Assembly (NCBI GenBank): GCA_013361065.1
Contig: JABWAK010000005.1
Span: 1-53,360 of the forward strand
Source of the DNA: Bacteroidota bacterium
GTDB lineage: Bacteria; Bacteroidota; Ignavibacteria; UBA10030; UBA8401
DNA: 53,360 nt
Direction: 5' to 3'
Made by a program: the position numbers and the translations under genes. The first letter of the stretch is position 1, and each line of letters opens with the position of its first letter. The notes beneath the pieces were generated by a model that saw nothing but the letters and a program-made list of their open reading frames with translations, was not told where the DNA came from and did not search any database. Shown in pieces: positions 8,985-19,937 of the stretch.

Positions 8985-10210
8985 TTGAGATATGCTACGA
9001 TCTTTCCGGCAATATGCTCGCCGATGGAGAGTGAGGAGGTCGCTGCCGGCGACGGTGCATTGCAGACGTGGACGATGCCGGGCTGTTCCACAAAGAGGAA
9101 ATCATCGATCAGTCCGCCGTTCCGGGAACAGGCCTGCGCCCGCACTCCCGCTCCTCCCGGCTGCAGATCATCCGACGCGATCTCCGGCATCAGCGCCTGC
9201 AGTGCCGTCACGAATGCCTGCTTACTGAAGGAACGTTTGAACTCACCGAAGCCGGTGCGCCAATATTTCCGTGCGATGGTACGGAACCCAGGCCATGCCA
9301 GCGTTTCCCCCAGATCACGGGCATTGAAGGCAGTTTTCGTATACCCTTCCCGCTTGAACGCAAGGACCGCATTCGGCCCCGCTTCCACCCCGCCATGGAT
9401 CAACCGGGTGAAATGCACACCCAGGAACGGGAAGGCGGGATCGGGGACAGGGTAGATGAGCGTCTTGACCAGATGCTGTTTCGCCGGTGTGAGCGTGTAA
9501 TACTCACCGCGGAACGGGATGATACGGAAATCGACGGAGGGGTTCGTCATCCGGGCGATGCGGTCAGCATGCAATCCGGCACAGGTGACCAGTGCCTTGG
9601 CCCGGTATGTTTCGGTGCCGGTGACGACCGTGACCGCTCCGTTGCCGGACCGGATCTCTGCCACTTCCTGACCGCAGAGGATGGTGCCGCCCAGCGTCTC
9701 CACCTGCCGTGCATAGGCATGGATCACATCCGTATAATCGATGATACCGGTCTGCGGAACATGGATCGCCCTGATCCCCTCCGCATGCGGCTCCATCTCC
9801 TTCAGTTGGGAACGATCCAGGAACCTCAGTCCCTGCAGACCGTTCGCCACGCCGCGGCGGTACAGTTCATCCAGCTGCGGCAGCTGCCGTTCGTTGACCG
9901 CAACGATCACCTTCCCGCACAATTCATAGGCGACGTTGTGACGGTCGCAGAACTCGATCAGCTTCTTGTACCCGGAAATACAATTGTGCGCCTTCAGGGA
10001 GCCCGGCTTGTAATAGATGCCGGAGTGGATGACGCCGCTGTTGTTCCCCGTCTGATGGAGACCGATCGCGGTCTCCTTCTCCAGGACGAGGACCCGCAGG
10101 GAAGGACGTTGTTCCAGGATGTTCATTGCCGTCGACACACCGACGATCCCGCCGCCGACGACAATGACATCATAGTGAGATGCTGTGGATGAATCAGAAG
10201 AAGGAGCCAT
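8981..10210 (-). CDS. lhgO: L-2-hydroxyglutarate oxidase family FAD-dependent oxidoreductase
   Basis: GGGIVG, HQTGNNSGVIHSGIYYKPGSLKA, PFRGEYY, YPVPDPAFPFLGVHFT, NAPSPAATSSL. Confidence 0.9.
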   Translation of the reverse strand: MAPSSDSSTASHYDVIVVGGGIVGVSTAMNILEQRPSLRVLVLEKETAIGLHQTGNNSGVIHSGIYYKPGSLKAHNCISGYKKLIEFCDRHNVAYELCGKVIVAVNERQLPQLDELYRRGVANGLQGLRFLDRSQLKEMEPHAEGIRAIHVPQTGIIDYTDVIHAYARQVETLGGTILCGQEVAEIRSGNGAVTVVTGTETYRAKALVTCAGLHADRIARMTNPSVDFRIIPFRGEYYTLTPAKQHLVKTLIYPVPDPAFPFLGVHFTRLIHGGVEAGPNAVLAFKREGYTKTAFNARDLGETLAWPGFRTIARKYWRTGFGEFKRSFSKQAFVTALQALMPEIASDDLQPGGAGVRAQACSRNGGLIDDFLFVEQPGIVHVCNAPSPAATSSLSIGEHIAGKIVAYLN

Positions 10211-10215
10211 CGTGC

Positions 10216-12981
10216 TTATTTCAATTGGTTAGCTAACACCAGAATAGTGAATGTAGTCGCAACGATCGCCGTGCTCTCCTTGAACACTTCCACGAAGGAT
10301 GTCCGACGTTCCTCTTCCGGCGTCTTGGGACGCTCCGGCAGTTTCTTGATCACTGTGATCTCGGAACCATCAGCGATCTCAGGGCTATCGCTCCACAAGA
10401 ATGGGAATCCTGTTTTCATGATATGGCCTTCCGGCGATGTCACGAGCACGAAATCAGCACTGTCAGTGACATCACCGGCACGGTCGAGATAATAGTCACG
10501 ATCCTCACCCGGCACGAACTTATACAATCCCGGATTGTTCACTTCACCGCTCACACGGACCGTGTTTGGCTTCTTTGGAACATTCAATTTATCACCTGCT
10601 TGCATGATCACATCAAAATCCCCTCCCGGATCGTCGATAGCACCCTCCACATTATTCCTGATACGCTCATTATTCCGGAGCAACTGTGCACCGCGGGCAT
10701 AGCCGTCCGGAGCAATACCGCCGGCCCTGCTGATGATATCGGACAACCGTTCGTTGTTCTTGGAAATGACATAGATGCCGGGGAACCGCACGTATCCGGT
10801 CACTTCCACCTGCTGCTGGACCCTGTAATCGGGATGGGGACGGATGAAGACCTGATCGCGGTCATACAGAATGAAAGAACCGCTCTGCGACTCGAGGATC
10901 TCCATGCGTGACATCGACGTATCGAACAGGTTCGGCAGGTCGGCGAACGTGATGGTCAGGATCGAATCATTCTCATGAACGTTCTTATTGATCCTGGCGA
11001 TCTCTGCACGTTGTGACCATGCATCCTCGGTGAAACCGCCGGCAAGCAGGACAAGGTCCTTGAGCCGCAGACCTTTGGTCAGGGGGAAGCGTCCGGGTCG
11101 TTTCACATTCCCGAAGATCTCCACATAATGATCGAGGAACTGCACCTCCTCCAGACCATACACTCTCAGCTGGTCACCGGCGAGGATAGGGATATCCTTC
11201 TGACGGCCGTCAAGGATGGCACCGATATCCACCTGGATCCGGCGGCGGGTGATCAGATCGTCGTTGAGCCGGAACAGGTCGCTGCGTCCCAGGAAGGTCC
11301 GGGCACGGAAGATCGAGTCCTCCAGACCGCCGACCGAACGGAGAAGCCGTCCGACCGTCATACTGTCGGCATACGGCATGACCCCCGGTTTCTTCACCTG
11401 CCCGGTCACCGTAACGGTCGCTGCCGGATTGAGCTCATAGATATTATAGATGCGGAGCTTATCCTTCTTCTGAAGAGGGATGTTCTGTGTTGCAGCATTC
11501 GCCATCACTCCGGAAAGGTCCAGAACGATCAACTGCCTCTTCTCATCCGGGAATGTTCTCGTCAGTTCCGCCCGTTTCATATAGGCGGTCGGCCAGAGGC
11601 CTTCGGCGGCATCGATCAGATCCTTCACGGTCTTGATCCGATCGATCTGATAGTCGCCCGGACGACGCACGTCACCTTCCACCGTGACGAAATTCTCCTT
11701 CTTGTCGATCATCGGGAAGATCGTGATGATATCACCATCCTCCAGGACATGGTCCTTCTTGCCAACAATGATGTCACGGGCATCGATGTCGAAGAGACGC
11801 CGGTCCTCGCCCCCCTTCACCCGCTCAGCGAACGGGATGATCCTGTCGACCTGGATGCGGTCCACATACACCCGGGCACGGAAACCGCCCGAGAATTCCA
11901 CCAGCTTCTTCAGATTCTCGCCCGGCAGCAGTTCATAGGTGTAGGGCCGGAGCACCTCCCCTTTGATGCTGACCGTCTTGCCGCGCAGCGGTACGAAGAT
12001 GATGTCATTGTCGTTCACCCGCACATCGTTCACCTTCGGTGCACCGAGCAGGTAATCGTAGATATCCACTTTTGCGATCGTCTTGTTGTTGCGCACGACA
12101 CGGATATCGCGCAGACTGCCGGACAATTTGGGACCACCGACCGAGAACAGGGAATTGAAGACACTGCCGAAATTGCTCACGGCATAACCGCCCGGCTGCT
12201 CCACTTCACCGGTCATGAAGATCCTCACAGGCCGGATCCGCGCCACCGAGAGATCGAGAAAGATAGAAGGAGGATTCCGCACGATACCGGAATAGACACT
12301 TCCCAGCGAAGTCATCACCGCCTTCTTTGCTTTTTCCGCGGTCAGACCGGCGACGAGCACCGGAGGGATGCCGGTGATCGAGATCCGGCCTTCGGCATTG
12401 ACGGTGTACTCATTGTAGCTCTGCAGTTCACCGGACAAGGACAGCTTGAGAACATCCCCTTCACCAAGGATGTACTGATCATCGATATATGGGCGGGGTT
12501 CAAAGGATGATGACTCCGTCCGGAACAGATCATACCCGAAATACGGAAGACCGGCCGGAGAAAGTTCGACAGGTTTTGGTTTGAGCGCAACGGATGGTGG
12601 AACCAGGTTCACCACCGGTTCCGGAGTGGTATCAACCGGTGACATCACGGGAGCGATCATCGGCGTCTTGATCTGAACGGTCGCCCCTCCCTGTTCGATC
12701 TGGATCAACGAACTCTCCGGAACGGGAGCGGGTCGATTGAGATACGTCTCAAGATCGATCCCCATCGCTTTGGCTTTCACTTCCGCCTCTTCCCGGGTCA
12801 TGCCGTATTGCTTGATCTTTGCATCGATCTCATCGGGACTCATCGTTCCCAGCTGCCGCTTCGCATCCTGGATCTGAGAATCGGTCAAACCCTGTGCCGT
12901 ACCGCCGGTGATTCCGACAGCGGTCAGGGAGATGATCAGAAGGATCAAACGAAGGCGGTGCATAGCGTTCACAGTCATCAT
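10216..12981 (-). CDS. Polysaccharide export protein with multiple SLBB domains (Wza/KpsD-like)
   Basis: Signal peptide, FGYDLF, YILGEGD poly_export motif, repeated GEVxxPG/GxVxxPG SLBB units; start at 12981 or 12963. Confidence 0.9.
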   Translation of the reverse strand: MMTVNAMHRLRLILLIISLTAVGITGGTAQGLTDSQIQDAKRQLGTMSPDEIDAKIKQYGMTREEAEVKAKAMGIDLETYLNRPAPVPESSLIQIEQGGATVQIKTPMIAPVMSPVDTTPEPVVNLVPPSVALKPKPVELSPAGLPYFGYDLFRTESSSFEPRPYIDDQYILGEGDVLKLSLSGELQSYNEYTVNAEGRISITGIPPVLVAGLTAEKAKKAVMTSLGSVYSGIVRNPPSIFLDLSVARIRPVRIFMTGEVEQPGGYAVSNFGSVFNSLFSVGGPKLSGSLRDIRVVRNNKTIAKVDIYDYLLGAPKVNDVRVNDNDIIFVPLRGKTVSIKGEVLRPYTYELLPGENLKKLVEFSGGFRARVYVDRIQVDRIIPFAERVKGGEDRRLFDIDARDIIVGKKDHVLEDGDIITIFPMIDKKENFVTVEGDVRRPGDYQIDRIKTVKDLIDAAEGLWPTAYMKRAELTRTFPDEKRQLIVLDLSGVMANAATQNIPLQKKDKLRIYNIYELNPAATVTVTGQVKKPGVMPYADSMTVGRLLRSVGGLEDSIFRARTFLGRSDLFRLNDDLITRRRIQVDIGAILDGRQKDIPILAGDQLRVYGLEEVQFLDHYVEIFGNVKRPGRFPLTKGLRLKDLVLLAGGFTEDAWSQRAEIARINKNVHENDSILTITFADLPNLFDTSMSRMEILESQSGSFILYDRDQVFIRPHPDYRVQQQVEVTGYVRFPGIYVISKNNERLSDIISRAGGIAPDGYARGAQLLRNNERIRNNVEGAIDDPGGDFDVIMQAGDKLNVPKKPNTVRVSGEVNNPGLYKFVPGEDRDYYLDRAGDVTDSADFVLVTSPEGHIMKTGFPFLWSDSPEIADGSEITVIKKLPERPKTPEEERRTSFVEVFKESTAIVATTFTILVLANQLK

Positions 12982-13028
12982 GGAAATTCGTTGTTGGTTG
13001 TGCCGTTGCGCAGAACGGCGATAGGACA

Positions 13029-13970
13029 TCACGGTGCGATCACCGAGCGGAAATATTCGATGGTCCGGCGCAGACCTTCCTCACGATGCACCGCCGGTGA
13101 CCACCCCAGCAGATTCTTCGCCTTCGTGATATCCGGCTGACGGATCTTCGGGTCATCCACCGGCAACTCCTTATGGACGATCCTGCTCTTGCTGCCGGTC
13201 ATCCGGATGATCTCCTGTGCCAGCTGCAGCATCGTCAGTTCCTCCGGATTCCCGATGTTCACCGGCATCACATAGTCGGACATCATCAACCGGTAGATGC
13301 CGTCGATCAGATCGGAGACATAACAGACACTGCGGGTCTGCGAACCATCCCCGAACACGGTCACATCCTCGCCCCGCAAGGACTGGGAGACGAAGGCAGG
13401 GATGGCGCGTCCATCCTCGATTCGCATCCGTTCCCCATAGGTATTGAAGATGCGGACGATGCGGGTCTGTACACCGTGATAGCGGTGGTACGCCATCGTC
13501 ATCGCTTCGGAGAACCGTTTCGCCTCATCATACACACCGCGGGGGCCGACCGGATTCACATTGCCCCAATACTCCTCCACCTGAGGATGCACTTCAGGGT
13601 CGCCATAACATTCGGACGTTGATGCGATCAGGAAACGGGCGTTCTTCGCCTTGGTGAACCCGAGCGCCTTATGGGTCCCGAGCGACCCTACTTTCAGGGT
13701 TTGAATGGGGAATTTCAGGTAGTCGACCGGACTTGCCGGCGAGGCGAAATGCCAGACGTAGTGGACATCACCGGGAACGTGGATATAGTTGGTGACATCA
13801 TAGTGGATGAAGGTGAACTTCGGATCCGAGAAGAGATGTTCGATATTGCTGACCGACCCGGTGATCAGGTTGTCCAGCACGATCACCCGGTGCCCCTCCG
13901 CGAGCAGGCGTTCACAGAGATGGGATCCGAGGAAACCTGCACCGCCGGTAACTACTGAAGTTTTCATCAA
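13029..13970 (-). CDS. UDP-glucuronic acid decarboxylase (UXS) family
   Basis: [54 protein letters not shown]. Confidence 0.9.
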   Translation of the reverse strand: MMKTSVVTGGAGFLGSHLCERLLAEGHRVIVLDNLITGSVSNIEHLFSDPKFTFIHYDVTNYIHVPGDVHYVWHFASPASPVDYLKFPIQTLKVGSLGTHKALGFTKAKNARFLIASTSECYGDPEVHPQVEEYWGNVNPVGPRGVYDEAKRFSEAMTMAYHRYHGVQTRIVRIFNTYGERMRIEDGRAIPAFVSQSLRGEDVTVFGDGSQTRSVCYVSDLIDGIYRLMMSDYVMPVNIGNPEELTMLQLAQEIIRMTGSKSRIVHKELPVDDPKIRQPDITKAKNLLGWSPAVHREEGLRRTIEYFRSVIAP

Positions 13971-14055
13971 AACATACTTTCTGGAAGCTGGATTGTATGG
14001 GAATGCTGCCGAACTACTCGATCATGGACTGTGAATCGTCGTCCGCTTCGTTCCG

Positions 14056-15396
14056 TCACCCCTGCGTTGCGATGACCGGTTTCCTTCCGATGCTGATGTA
14101 GGTGAATTTCAGTTCCTTCATCTTCACCGGGTCGAAGATGTTCCTGCCGTCAAAGATCACCGCTTGTTTCATCGCGGAACGGATGATGTCGAAGTCCGGG
14201 TTCCGGAATTCGTTCCATTCGGTCAGCACGAGCAGTGCATCGGCCTGTTCCAATGCTTTGTACTCACTGGCGGCGTAGGTGATCCGGTCGCCCAATTCGA
14301 ACTTCGCCGTCTCGTTCGCTGCCGGATCGTAGGCAACGATCGTAGCACCGTAATCGAGGAGTTTTCGGATGATCACGATGGACGGCGCCTCGCGCATATC
14401 ATCGGTGTTCGGTTTGAAGGCGAGTCCCCATACCGCGAAGCGCTTCCCGCGGATATCATTCTCGTAGTGCTTCAGCACTTTGTTGACAAGCACTTCCTTC
14501 TGTTTCTTATTGACCTGATCGACCACGGACAGGAGCCTGATCTCGGACCCGGCATCGATGGAGGATTTGATCAGTGCATTCACATCCTTCGGGAAGCAGG
14601 AACCGCCGTATCCGATACCGGGGAAGAGGAATCGCTTCCCGATCCGTGAATCAGAACCCATCCCTTTCCGGATGAGGTCCACGTCCGCCCCCACTTTGAT
14701 ACAAAAGTTCGCCAGCTCGTTCATGTACGTGATCCGCATGGCCAGATAGGAGTTGGCGGCATATTTCGTCACCTCCGAACTCGCGGTATCCATCTCGATG
14801 ATGGGATTCCCCTGCCGCACGAACGGTTCATAGAGCGCTTTCATCCGTTCCGCTGCATAGCGGGTCTTCGTCCCGATGACGATCCGGTCCGGCTTCATGA
14901 AATCCTCCACCGCGAACCCTTCACGGAGGAATTCCGGATTGGAGACCACCTCGAAGTTCTTCACCCCATGTTTCTTGATGGCATCGGACACGAGTTTTGC
15001 CGTACCGACCGGAACCGTGCTTTTATTGACGATGATCTTCTGCTGGGCATCACCGCCGGCAGCGGCGAAGATCCGTCCGAGTTCATCGGCGACACCGAGG
15101 ATGTATTTGAGGTCCGCCGAACCATCCTCACCCTGCGGCGTGGGCAGACACAGGAAAATGAACTCGGACGCTGTGACCGCAAATCGAAGGTCGTCGGTGA
15201 ATTCGAGGCGTTGCTGCTGGATGTTCCGCTGGAACAGGATCTCCAGTCCCGGTTCATAGATTGTGATCTCTTTGTTCTTGAGTTTTTTGAGCTTCTCAGG
15301 ATTGTTATCCACACAAATGATGTGATTGCCTGATTCTGCAAAGCAGGTACCGGTGACAAGCCCAACGTAACCGGTGCCAATGACAGCGATCTTCAT
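14056..15396 (-). CDS. ugd: UDP-glucose 6-dehydrogenase
   Basis: IGTGYVGL, KSTVPVGT, SNPEFLREG, GYGGSCFPKD, AFKPNTDDMRE. Confidence 0.95.
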   Translation of the reverse strand: MKIAVIGTGYVGLVTGTCFAESGNHIICVDNNPEKLKKLKNKEITIYEPGLEILFQRNIQQQRLEFTDDLRFAVTASEFIFLCLPTPQGEDGSADLKYILGVADELGRIFAAAGGDAQQKIIVNKSTVPVGTAKLVSDAIKKHGVKNFEVVSNPEFLREGFAVEDFMKPDRIVIGTKTRYAAERMKALYEPFVRQGNPIIEMDTASSEVTKYAANSYLAMRITYMNELANFCIKVGADVDLIRKGMGSDSRIGKRFLFPGIGYGGSCFPKDVNALIKSSIDAGSEIRLLSVVDQVNKKQKEVLVNKVLKHYENDIRGKRFAVWGLAFKPNTDDMREAPSIVIIRKLLDYGATIVAYDPAANETAKFELGDRITYAASEYKALEQADALLVLTEWNEFRNPDFDIIRSAMKQAVIFDGRNIFDPVKMKELKFTYISIGRKPVIATQG

Positions 15397-15428
15397 AGTC
15401 GTTCCGAATGAATGCCAGGTGATAGTCG

Positions 15429-15502
15429 TGGGCCCTGCCGGACTTGAACCAGCGACCCGCTGATTATGAGTCAGCTGCTCTAACCGACTGAGCTAAGGGC
15501 CC
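15429..15502 (-). tRNA. tRNA with CAT anticodon, most likely tRNA-Ile2 (lysidine type)
   Basis: Reverse complement GGGCCCTTAGCTCAGTCGGTTAGAGCAGCTGACTCATAATCAGCGGGTCGCTGGTTCAAGTCCGGCAGGGCCCA folds as a cloverleaf and resembles ileX-type tRNAs; no encoded CCA. Confidence 0.9.
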
Positions 15503-15656
15503 GGATAAATCTCTGTAATCTATTGAATATAGGAAATTTACGGAAGTGCCACAAGGAAAGACTATTCCATCAGAGGAAGGCGTAACCCGTGTCACAGCAT
15601 GATTTTTGCAGGAACAACAGGAAAGGAGGGTCAGCAGTCTTATTATAGAGCAATTC

Positions 15657-18476
15657 TCACCGGATATACTTCCGGAGGAAGGTGCCGGTATAGGATTGCG
15701 GTATCTTCATCAACTCTTCGGGAGAACCGGAGGCAACGACCTGACCACCGTTCTCACCGCCGCCGGGTCCCATATCGATGATATGGTCCGCACATTTGAT
15801 CACATCCAGATTGTGCTCGATCACCAGCAGCGAATTGCCGGCATCAAGCAAAGCAGTGAAGCATTTCAGCAGTTTGTTGATATCGTCGAAATGAAGTCCG
15901 GTGGTCGGCTCATCGAAGATGAACAGGGTATGCCCCTCTTTTTGCTCCACCAGATGGGTGGCCAGTTTGATACGCTGTGCCTCTCCGCCTGAGAGCGTCG
16001 TCGCCGCCTGCCCCAACCGGAGATAACCGAGTCCGACATCATCCAGCACGCGGAGCTTCTGCATCACTTTCTTCCCTTCCGGCGATGCACCGAAGAACCC
16101 GATCGCTTCCTCCACCGTCATGCCGAGGATATCATCGACATTCTTCCCGTTCCAACGCACCTCGAGCGCTTCCTTCTTGTACCGCTTGCCGTTGCATGAC
16201 TCGCAGGTCAGATAGAGATCGGCCATGAATTGCATCTCCACCTTCTGCAGCCCGTCCCCTTCGCAGATATCGCACCGCCCGCCGGGCACATTGAAGGAGA
16301 AGAATCCGGGCTGATACCCGCGCAGTTTTGCCGCCGTGGTCCTGGCAAGCAGGTCACGGATGCCGTCGAACACTCCGATATAGGTGACGGGATTGGAACG
16401 GGGAGAACGGCCGATCGGGGACTGGTCGACCAGCTCCAGATGCTGGATCTTGTCCCAGTCCTTGATCTCATGCACTCCGCTCAGACGGCCGATGTGGCCG
16501 TTGAGACGTTTCCTGATCCCTTCACCGATGATATCGTGCACCAGGGTGCTCTTGCCGGAACCGCTCACGCCGGTGACACAGACGAATTGCCGGAGCGGGA
16601 TCTCCACATCGATGTTCTTCAGATTGTGCTGGAATGCGTTGAGCACCTTCACCGAGTCCTTCGTCCTCTTCCGGCGGGTCTTCGGCACCGGGATACTCAG
16701 CGCTCCGGAAAGATACCGCCCGGTCAGCGACCGCGGGTCCTTCATCGATTCCTCGGCCGTCCCCTGGAAGATGATCTCGCCGCCGCGTTCGCCGGCATTG
16801 GGACCGATATCGATCAGCTGGTCCGCTGCCCGCATCATATCCGCATCATGCTCCACTACCAGCACCGTGTTGCCGACATCGCGCAGCCGCTGCAGGATGG
16901 CGATGAGCCTGTCGTTGTCCAGCGGATGGAGTCCGATGCTCGGCTCATCCAGAACGTAGATGGAACCGACGAGGGACGAACCGATGGAGGTGGCAAGATT
17001 GATGCGCTGGGATTCGCCGCCTGACAATGAGTTGGAAAGACGGTCGAGTGTCAGATATCCGACCCCGACATCGACCAGATATCGCAGGCGTTTTCTGATC
17101 TCTTCCAGGATCCGCTTCCCGATGCTCTTTTCCACATCGGTGAGCGGCAGCGTACGGAAGAACTCCTCGGCCCGTTCGATGTTCATCGCCACCACCTCGC
17201 CGATCGGCCTGCCTCCTACTTTCACATTCAATGCTTCCTTCCGCAGACGGCTGCCGCGGCATTCATCACACACGGTGTATCCGCGGTATTTGCTCAGCAG
17301 CACACGGTACTGGATCTTGTACGCCTTCCGCTCCACCATCTTGAAGAATCCATTGATGCCGTCGAAGGTCTTGCCGTATCCGTTCATCACGATGGCAAGC
17401 TGCTGTTCCGTCAGTTTCCGGTACGGCACATTCATCGGCACACCGGCATCGTACGCGATCCGGGCGAGGTCCCGCAGGTTCTCCTGGAACTTCGGTGTCG
17501 TCCAGGGAAGCACCGCCCCTTCCTTCAGAGTCTTCTCCTGGTCCGGAACGACGAGGTCCATATCGATGCCGACGGAGCGGCCGAACCCCTGGCATTTGGG
17601 ACAGGCGCCGATGGGGGAATTGAAGGCGAAGAAATGCGGTTCCGGTTCTTCGAAGCGGATATTGTCCGCCGGACATTCGAAATGCTGACTGAATGGTACA
17701 ACCTCGTTCGTGGTCAGCTCCTGCACCGAGGCGTATCCTTCCCCTTCCATGAATGCTGTCTGGATGGAATCGGCCAGCCGGTTCTGACTCTGGATGTCCC
17801 CTTTGCGGAGGATGTACCGGTCCACCAGCACGAAGAGTCCTTTCTTGGACTTCGCGGTCACTTTCTGCTCGTTCAGGTCCACCAGCGTTCCGTTCACCAC
17901 CAGCCGGAAGAAACCGCGTTTCTTCAGTGTTTCGATCTCCTGAGCGACACTCTTCCCTTCATGATCATGCATAGGGAACATCACATAGAATTTCGTCCCC
18001 TCGGCAAAGGTCTGCATCCGGTCCACCACGGACTGGACGGAATCCTTGGTGATCTCGCGTCCGCACTTCGGGCAGATGGTACGGCCGATACGTGCATAGA
18101 GGAGGCGGAGATAGTCATAGATCTCGGTGGTGGTGGCGACTGTGGAACGGGGATTGCGTGTGTTGGTCCGTTGCTCGATGGAGATGGCCGGAGACATTCC
18201 CTGGATGACATCGACATCCGGTTTGTCCATCCGTTCCAGGAACTGCCGTGCGTATGCCGACAACGATTCCACATAGCGGCGCTGTCCTTCGGCGTAGATG
18301 GTATCGAAGGCGAGGGACGACTTGCCGGAACCGCTGACGCCGGTGATCACCACCAGCTTGTTGCGGGGGATCTCGACGGAGATATTCTTCAGGTTGTGCA
18401 CCCTTGCCCCTTTGATCACCAGGGGGGATTTCGTGGAATGCAGCTGCGGTTTCGGAAGCGAACGTGTCTTGGCCAT
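15657..18476 (-). CDS. uvrA: Excinuclease ABC subunit A
   Basis: GARVHNLKN, two GVSGSGKS Walker A motifs, zinc fingers, LSGGESQRI and [17 protein letters not shown]. Confidence 0.97.
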   Translation of the reverse strand: MAKTRSLPKPQLHSTKSPLVIKGARVHNLKNISVEIPRNKLVVITGVSGSGKSSLAFDTIYAEGQRRYVESLSAYARQFLERMDKPDVDVIQGMSPAISIEQRTNTRNPRSTVATTTEIYDYLRLLYARIGRTICPKCGREITKDSVQSVVDRMQTFAEGTKFYVMFPMHDHEGKSVAQEIETLKKRGFFRLVVNGTLVDLNEQKVTAKSKKGLFVLVDRYILRKGDIQSQNRLADSIQTAFMEGEGYASVQELTTNEVVPFSQHFECPADNIRFEEPEPHFFAFNSPIGACPKCQGFGRSVGIDMDLVVPDQEKTLKEGAVLPWTTPKFQENLRDLARIAYDAGVPMNVPYRKLTEQQLAIVMNGYGKTFDGINGFFKMVERKAYKIQYRVLLSKYRGYTVCDECRGSRLRKEALNVKVGGRPIGEVVAMNIERAEEFFRTLPLTDVEKSIGKRILEEIRKRLRYLVDVGVGYLTLDRLSNSLSGGESQRINLATSIGSSLVGSIYVLDEPSIGLHPLDNDRLIAILQRLRDVGNTVLVVEHDADMMRAADQLIDIGPNAGERGGEIIFQGTAEESMKDPRSLTGRYLSGALSIPVPKTRRKRTKDSVKVLNAFQHNLKNIDVEIPLRQFVCVTGVSGSGKSTLVHDIIGEGIRKRLNGHIGRLSGVHEIKDWDKIQHLELVDQSPIGRSPRSNPVTYIGVFDGIRDLLARTTAAKLRGYQPGFFSFNVPGGRCDICEGDGLQKVEMQFMADLYLTCESCNGKRYKKEALEVRWNGKNVDDILGMTVEEAIGFFGASPEGKKVMQKLRVLDDVGLGYLRLGQAATTLSGGEAQRIKLATHLVEQKEGHTLFIFDEPTTGLHFDDINKLLKCFTALLDAGNSLLVIEHNLDVIKCADHIIDMGPGGGENGGQVVASGSPEELMKIPQSYTGTFLRKYIR

Positions 18477-18499
18477 AGGATGCGTGCGGTAAAAGAAGA

Positions 18500-18522
18500 A
18501 TGGTCCGAACTCGCCGGACCAT
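18500..18522. promoter_or_regulatory. Perfect 8-bp inverted repeat just upstream of uvrA (candidate operator or 5' UTR hairpin)
   Basis: ATGGTCCG-AACTCGC-CGGACCAT, about 24 bp before the uvrA ATG. Confidence 0.35.
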
Positions 18523-18741
18523 GGTATAACACGGACAAAGTATCAAAAATTCACCTGAGGGGCAAACCGTGCCGATTCGACACCCGGCAGAGAGCTGAAC
18601 GATGAAAGAACAAGGCACAATTCACTGTGAAACGGCGATTCTTCAAAAGAGCATCATGTCCCAATTGCATCCCGTACCCATTTTTCCTATTTTGTAGCAG
18701 ACTTGGATGGTGTGAGAGCCTCCAAGTCTAATTTTTTTCTT

Positions 18742-19821
18742 ATGGCGCATGTTCAACTCAGAGGATTGACGCTCGGCGGTCTGGAACAGTTCGTCGCTTC
18801 CATCGGAGAACCGAAGTACCGCGCAGCACAGATCTATCAGTGGCTGTACAAGTACAGGGTGACTTCGTTCGATGCGATGACGAACCTGTCCGTACCCCTG
18901 CGCCAAAAATTGACGGAAACGGCAGAAATCGGCCAGTTCTCCGTTGTCACCTTCCAGACCTCCGCGGTCGACGGAACGGTGAAATTCCTCTACGAACTCT
19001 CGGACGGGAAGAGGATCGAAACGGTGCTCATCCCGCCCCGCACGACGGCAGTGGATGCGGAGGAGCGGATGACCCTCTGCATCTCCACCCAGATAGGGTG
19101 CGCGCTGGATTGTGCATTCTGTGCAACGGCCAGCATGGGATTCCAGAGGAATCTGTCGACCGGCGAGATCGTCAACCAGTTCCTCACGGCGCAGACGGTC
19201 TCCGAGCGTCCGATCACCAACATCGTCTTCATGGGGATGGGTGAGCCGATGCTGAACTATGAGAATGTGATGTCCGCCGTGGAGATCCTCACGGACCAGC
19301 ACGGGGTCGGACTCAGTCCGAAACGGATCACCTTGTCCACCGCCGGATACGCGAACCACATCCGGAGGATGGCCGATGAGGACCGGAAGATCAAGCTGGC
19401 GCTCTCGCTCCATTCGCTGCGGGACGATGTGCGGACCACGCTGATGCCGCTGACGAAGAAGTTTAACACGGAAGAGCTGCTCGCAGCGCTGGAGTACTAC
19501 AATAAGAAAACGAAGAAGAGCGTCATGCTCGAGTATATCGTCTTCGACGGTGTGAACGATACAGCGCAGGATGTCCAGCTGCTCGTGAAGGCATCCCGCC
19601 GGCTCGACTGCCGCGTGAACCTGATCCCCTTCCACTCGATCGAGTTCACCGACCCGAAAGGGATCTCGGCATCGCTGCATGGCGCTTCCCGGGAAGGCCT
19701 GGAACGGTTCTGGCAGCAGCTGCGGGACCACGACGTGATCACGTTCATCCGCCACAGCGCCGGTGTCGACATCGACGCCGCCTGCGGTCAGCTTGCCGTG
19801 AAGAATGTCCAGCCGGTGTGA
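18742..19821 (+). CDS. rlmN: 23S rRNA (A2503)/tRNA C2-methyltransferase, radical SAM
   Basis: CISTQIGCALDCAFC, FMGMGEP, ALSLH, VNLIPF, DIDAACGQL; start placed at ATG 18742. Confidence 0.96.
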   Translation: MAHVQLRGLTLGGLEQFVASIGEPKYRAAQIYQWLYKYRVTSFDAMTNLSVPLRQKLTETAEIGQFSVVTFQTSAVDGTVKFLYELSDGKRIETVLIPPRTTAVDAEERMTLCISTQIGCALDCAFCATASMGFQRNLSTGEIVNQFLTAQTVSERPITNIVFMGMGEPMLNYENVMSAVEILTDQHGVGLSPKRITLSTAGYANHIRRMADEDRKIKLALSLHSLRDDVRTTLMPLTKKFNTEELLAALEYYNKKTKKSVMLEYIVFDGVNDTAQDVQLLVKASRRLDCRVNLIPFHSIEFTDPKGISASLHGASREGLERFWQQLRDHDVITFIRHSAGVDIDAACGQLAVKNVQPV

Positions 19822-19853
19822 TCATGCACTGGAGTCTGTGCGATGTTACCTTG

Positions 19854-19931
19854 ATATTTGAAATTTGTAATCTGATAATCTGAAATCTGTAGTCTGATAA
19901 TCTGTAATCTAATCTGTCATCTGTCACTCTG
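19854..19931. repeat. Degenerate ~7-bp tandem repeat (consensus ~TAATCTG, about 11 units)
   Basis: ATATTTG AAATTTG TAATCTG ATAATCTG AAATCTG TAGTCTG ATAATCTG TAATCT AATCTG TCATCTG TCACTCTG between rlmN and adk. Confidence 0.8.
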
Positions 19932-19937
19932 ACCATC

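Noticed and set aside
15429-15502. tRNA-Ile2 as an integration site for the polysaccharide locus
   Set aside because: No integrase or duplicated tRNA end nearby, and the adjacent ugd has host-like composition.
18555-18600. GGGGCAAACC resembling the start of a c-di-GMP-I riboswitch
   Set aside because: No GAAA tetraloop stem or downstream GACGCAAAGC; the uvrA/rlmN context does not fit.
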